Positions 61,953 to 64,000 of a stretch of 64,000 bases of DNA are shown here, piece by piece; position 1 is the stretch's first letter, and each line of letters begins with the position of its first letter. The notes beneath the pieces were generated by a model. It worked only from the letters and a program-made list of their open reading frames with translations, made no database searches and was not told where the DNA came from. The translations under genes and the position numbers were made by a program. Source of the DNA: Octopus bimaculoides (taxonomy: Eukaryota); contig NC_068985.1 in NCBI RefSeq assembly GCF_001194135.2, forward strand, positions 107,858,191 through 107,922,190, in the 5' to 3' direction.

Positions 61953-63470
61953 CCGTTTAACGTCAGCTTTCCATGCTAGCATGGGTTGGACGATTTGACT
62001 GAGGACTGGCAAGCCAGAAGGCTGCATTTTATTGACCCTGAAAGGACAAAAAAGGCAAAGTTGATCTCAGTGGCATTTGAACCCAGAATGTGAAGAGCCG
62101 GAAGAATATGCTGCTAAGCACTTTGTCTGACATGTTAATGATTCTGCCAACTTGCTGCCTTAAATTCACACATAATGATAAAAAGTTAGTCTGTTTTTGA
62201 GTATAGGATCAGGGCTTAGCTTGGTTTCTGCACTTCTCAGCAACTGTGAGTGTAAATTTGCTCAGGATAGAATGCTAGTTTGTTGCAAGATTAATCATAA
62301 ACTGTTGTTGGCACTCATTTCCAGTTGAGTAGACTGGAGTAATGTAAAGTTTTATATCCTGGCCTGGACATGAAACCCTGACTTTGTGATTATGAGCCCA
62401 TCATTCTAACCAGTTGACCATCTGCTTTTGCAACAAGCATCATTATCATTTAATAACCATCTTCCATGCTGGCTTGGGTTGGATGGTTCAACAGGATTGG
62501 ATAAACTGGAGGGCTGTGTTGAGCTCCAATGTTGGTTTTGGCATTGGTTTCTACAGTCGGATGCCCTTCCTAATGGCCACCACTTTCCACCACTCCATCT
62601 TTATCATACATTCTTTCCATCCTCTCACCTATCCATCCCTTTCTCCCACCCCTCCTCTCCAGATCATCCTTGCTGAATTATGGTCTGACATTCCATCCAT
62701 AATCATCCCACCTTTTATTTAGTATTTTCAAAATTACACTATCCAATATGAGCTTTTTAGCTTTATTTTCTTTTCTCAAAGCAGTGAGATTTGGTTGCTA
62801 ATTTTAGTTTGTCAAAGGAGGCCATGTAATGACCCATTGACCCATACAATCTCCTTTTGCTTGGTCTTTAGCAATGACTATTGTTGTTTCCTGCAACTTG
62901 CTAAACTCTTCACATTGTTCTTATTGAACTAAAAACAAACAACAATGACAAAGAGAAAACAGCAAAAACTTTTAGGTCACTTTGGAGATGGTAACATTTT
63001 GATGGCTAATAACAGAAACCTAGTCCTTCCTCCTTCAGTGACAACATACACCCTGCACCCTCCCCCTGACTTTACCTCGCACTAAATACACCCCCAACAC
63101 TGTATGTTTAAGTGTTTCTTCCACATTCTTCTTCTCTTCATGAAGAATGTTGTCTTAGCAACCAGATGAAGAAGGAAAGACAGAGAACATGGCTGTGATC
63201 CAACTTATCTTGTTCTGCCAATCTCTGTTGTACAAGAAACAGCCAACTATCAGGATTGTTTACTGCATTTCTCTCCCTCTGCCTGTCTGTCTCTCTCTCT
63301 TTGTTACCCCCTCTGCATTTACCTCTCCCTCTCTCCCCCCCTTACATTGCTACAATCCAGCTTTTGTATGTAACCTAATGTTGTTTTGTTTCTGTTGATC
63401 TATTTTTTATTTCAATAGTTACTGACCTGATGGTGGTTGTACTTATACTTTTGTTGCTGGTGCTACTGAC

Positions 63471-63579
<109 letters not shown>

Positions 63580-64000
63580 TAGTTGTTGTTGATGGTAATT
63601 GTAGTAGTAGTGGTGATAATGGTGGTTGTAGTAATGGAATGAATTGATTGGGCATGACGGTTTGGATGATGACAATTTGGCATGGTCAATTTGACACTCA
63701 ATCTGTTTTGAGACATACACCAGAGGCAAGCATACACATACATACATACACACATGCACACACACACCCATGCTCACACATTCATATGCAGAAATATATA
63801 TTGATAAGGAGAGAAAGATGCATTATGCATACATGCAGGTCTTGCTGCAGGAATCTGCTTTGCCTGCCTCTCATGAGAATCACCGCATCCTCCGGTATGA
63901 AGCTGACCTGTGTACCTATCCTAAGGCTTGTAGTCCTGTGAATTTCACTTCAACCTCAATATTGCAGGTGGCACAAAAAAAAAAAAAAAAAAAAAAAAAA

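Noticed and set aside
63976-64000. Poly(A) tail of a processed retrocopy
   Set aside because: Preceded by gcaggtggcac, a family B motif normally followed by taaaa; more likely an A-run within a repeat cut by the window edge.

Overview
AT-rich, microsatellite-rich animal genomic DNA with five N gaps (18567-19174, 24343-24662, 47870-47961, ~51229-51711, 59629-60142). The repeat families look like octopus/coleoid repeats, which is an inference from recall and was not searched. Almost every ORF in the supplied track is noise from microsatellites, SINEs or N runs. The main result is a + strand spliced gene that the ORF track misses, reconstructed by hand from splice signals and phase continuity: 7021-7116, 33573-33624, a 27-nt microexon at 41064-41090, 52560-52627, 54926-55090, 55223-55356 and 56647-56699. 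These join into one open frame of 198 codons plus 1 nt, encoding a pleckstrin-like PH domain and what may be the start of a second PH domain; the gene probably continues past the window. The introns hold at least three tRNA-headed SINE families plus a related headless repeat (several copies with clear TSDs), a Tigger/pogo DD32D remnant, an RTE-clade LINE remnant, hAT and TTAA (piggyBac-type) MITEs including a nested element with a palindrome array, a Helentron/HINE-like element and several minisatellites. No tRNA, rRNA, CRISPR array or intact transposase is supported. I see no solid evidence for a wholly new biological system. The best leads are the isoform architecture of the PH gene, the nested palindrome-array element, and repeated SINE-in-SINE insertion at one homologous site.
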